From NCBI GenBank assembly GCA_051047955.1, contig JBPGPT010000004.1, positions 62,001 to 126,000 of the forward strand: a DNA stretch of 64,000 nt, read 5' to 3'. Numbering within the stretch: the stretch's first letter is position 1; the number at the start of each line of letters is the position of its first letter. The notes beneath the pieces are model-generated. The model was not told the origin of the DNA and did no database searches. It worked only from the letters and a program-made list of their open reading frames with translations. The translations under genes were made by a program, and so were the position numbers. This document shows positions 62,485-64,000 of the stretch, piece after piece. The DNA comes from Cystobasidiomycetes sp. EMM_F5. Taxonomy: Eukaryota.

Positions 62485-63339
62485 ATGCCTCTTACCACGA
62501 CTACCAACGCTCGCAAGGATTCCATGACAGGCGGTCAAGTCCTGAGTCAATTCAAAAACGCTCTGGAACGTCGACGATCCCTCGTATCCGACCCATCCGA
62601 TCGTTCGGCAAATGTCCTGCCAGCGCTGCCAGCGCAACCGACACCGACAAAGCCAAGCCTGAAGATGCCAAACTTCTCTTCAGATGGCGCTTCTTTTCAG
62701 ATATCCGGAAATGCCTCACCAGCTCAGGGGCGTAGCGGTTCTCCTGCCTCGGTAACCTCCATGAGTGCATCTCAGCAGAACTTGGCTTTTTCGCTGGCGG
62801 GTTTGCCCTGGGTAGACCGTCCGCAGCATGTAGCTGGCCTGCGGACCGGTCAGAGCACACCACTGCGCTCAAAGACTTCAGATGCAAGTCTAAGCTCACA
62901 GATCCGCGCGTCCAACTCAGGAAGTCCTGCCACAATGGCTCCTACAGCTGGCAAGACCCGCCGTAGACCTAACTCGATAAGCGCAGCCTCCCGGTCCTCG
63001 TCGCAAGGGCCAGTCAACACTGTTAGAAGTCGACCTTCGATCGGCAGCATTGCCGAATTAGAGGCGTCCATTGCAAGATTGCCGTCTAACCTCGGCACAC
63101 CCCTCGCCCTAACCCCAGGAGGATCGCGAAGTGGCACTCCTAGACAAGATATGTCACGACGTGGCAGCGGTGATCAGGGTGCGGAGGTGACGCAACGCGG
63201 CCGAGGCAGTGTCAGTGATCTGCGAGCTAGCAGCACAAGCAGACCATCATCCAAAAGCAGAGGGAACCCGGAAGAATCCGACATGACCTCCAGCGCGTAT
63301 TGGGGCATGATTCAGCGTGCTGCAGATGGCGGACGGTAG
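62485..63339 (+). CDS. Hypothetical Ser/Arg-rich disordered protein
   Basis: Long ORF (320 codons from 62377; likelier ATG 62485 MPLTTTT); RRxS motifs; ends SAYWGMIQRAADGGR*. Confidence 0.6.
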   Translation: MPLTTTTNARKDSMTGGQVLSQFKNALERRRSLVSDPSDRSANVLPALPAQPTPTKPSLKMPNFSSDGASFQISGNASPAQGRSGSPASVTSMSASQQNLAFSLAGLPWVDRPQHVAGLRTGQSTPLRSKTSDASLSSQIRASNSGSPATMAPTAGKTRRRPNSISAASRSSSQGPVNTVRSRPSIGSIAELEASIARLPSNLGTPLALTPGGSRSGTPRQDMSRRGSGDQGAEVTQRGRGSVSDLRASSTSRPSSKSRGNPEESDMTSSAYWGMIQRAADGGR

Positions 63340-63380
63340 AAGAAGTAAGCCGAAAATCAGCCTATGCTTCGCCAAGAATG

Positions 63381-63939
63381 TCATTTCCACCCACCTTCCC
63401 CGTCGCTAATCCTGCCGTAAGATAGATCTATCTTGCACTGTATCTTGTAGCTATATTGTACCGTCTTACTTCTGTCCGCAAGGTTCGCATAGAATCTTGA
63501 TGAAATGTGCGTTGATACTGTGACATCTGTATGTCGCTACATGAGTGCATAAAGAGCTGGCCCAACCTTCTGCACTGTGAAGACATACTGATTTACTGAT
63601 TTGGGATCCAGCATATCGGAGAATGTCAACAGCTCAGCATCTAGCCGCTTCCTTTCGCCCTCAAGCGGCTCGAACAGATCTAACTCCTCGCAGCGTATTG
63701 AGTAGCTGCAGAGTGTCTCCGCTGAGAGTGCGTCTGCTGATTTATTTTTGTGTTAGATAGTGCGTCGAAATTATCCGTTTCATGACTGGGCCTAGACCTT
63801 TCATTGCAGTACAGCCTGGACAAAACGCAATGCCCACGTCGCTAGACGCCCTCCATTTCTTGCAGTGAAGATCGTCGTTCTGATATCTAACGCGAAGGGG
63901 AGAAGTACCCATAAAGTGGTGGCAATTTCGCACCGGCAT
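63381..63939 (-). CDS. Possible small Cys-containing hypothetical protein (spliced model, uncertain)
   Basis: MPVRNCHHF..HCKKW..AFCPGCTAMK joins via gtctag..ctaac..tcag to an open frame (ADALSAETLCSYSIRCEE...); no recognisable family. Confidence 0.25.
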
Positions 63940-64000
63940 TTGGCCTTTGTCTTAAAGGCAGTGTTATAAGACGCGGCGAGGTCCCCCGGTCAGACGTCGT

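Noticed and set aside
1..64000. Transposons, tRNA/rRNA genes and TGA-CTA readthrough signals
   Set aside because: No transposase/RT/integrase motifs, LTRs or TIRs and no recognisable RNA genes by eye; the TGA stops I checked lack the CTA context. An Infernal/tRNAscan/RepeatMasker run would be needed to exclude them fully.

Overview
This is a gene-dense, intron-rich eukaryotic window. The short (~50-70 nt) introns with CTRAC/CTRAY branch points and the gene content suggest a basidiomycete yeast; that assignment is inference. I reconstructed about 31 protein-coding genes by hand-splicing. Most are housekeeping: PCK1 3' end, mitochondrial SSB, aminopeptidase P, THOC3, TRS120, SMI1/KNR4, CDC16, TMA22, an SDR, an AN1 zinc finger, a histidine phosphatase, PPS1, NOP15, LOG, an arrestin-like gene, PP2C, an AlkB-like oxygenase, a WW protein, dynamitin, a PCL-type cyclin, BIO2 and SOK1. 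I found no rRNA, tRNA, CRISPR array or transposon. The most interesting signal is three separate local families of unrecognised paralogous genes, which the ORF track hides because of their introns. (1) Three minus-strand paralogs at 17.2-23.4 kb share a phase-2 intron, a D[ST]DG[WH][QE]R motif and a C-terminal TM segment. (2) A pair of signal-peptide/dibasic-site/CxW/TM/Gly-Met-tail genes at 33.3-36.1 kb share three intron positions; one carries a 5-nt microexon. (3) A tandem pair at 61-62.3 kb shares a Cys/acidic-dileucine module. Smaller findings include three probable GC-AG introns, a hidden CaaX exon, convergent stop codons 15 bp apart, and a 614-nt PP2C intron. All exon models are predictions from sequence only.
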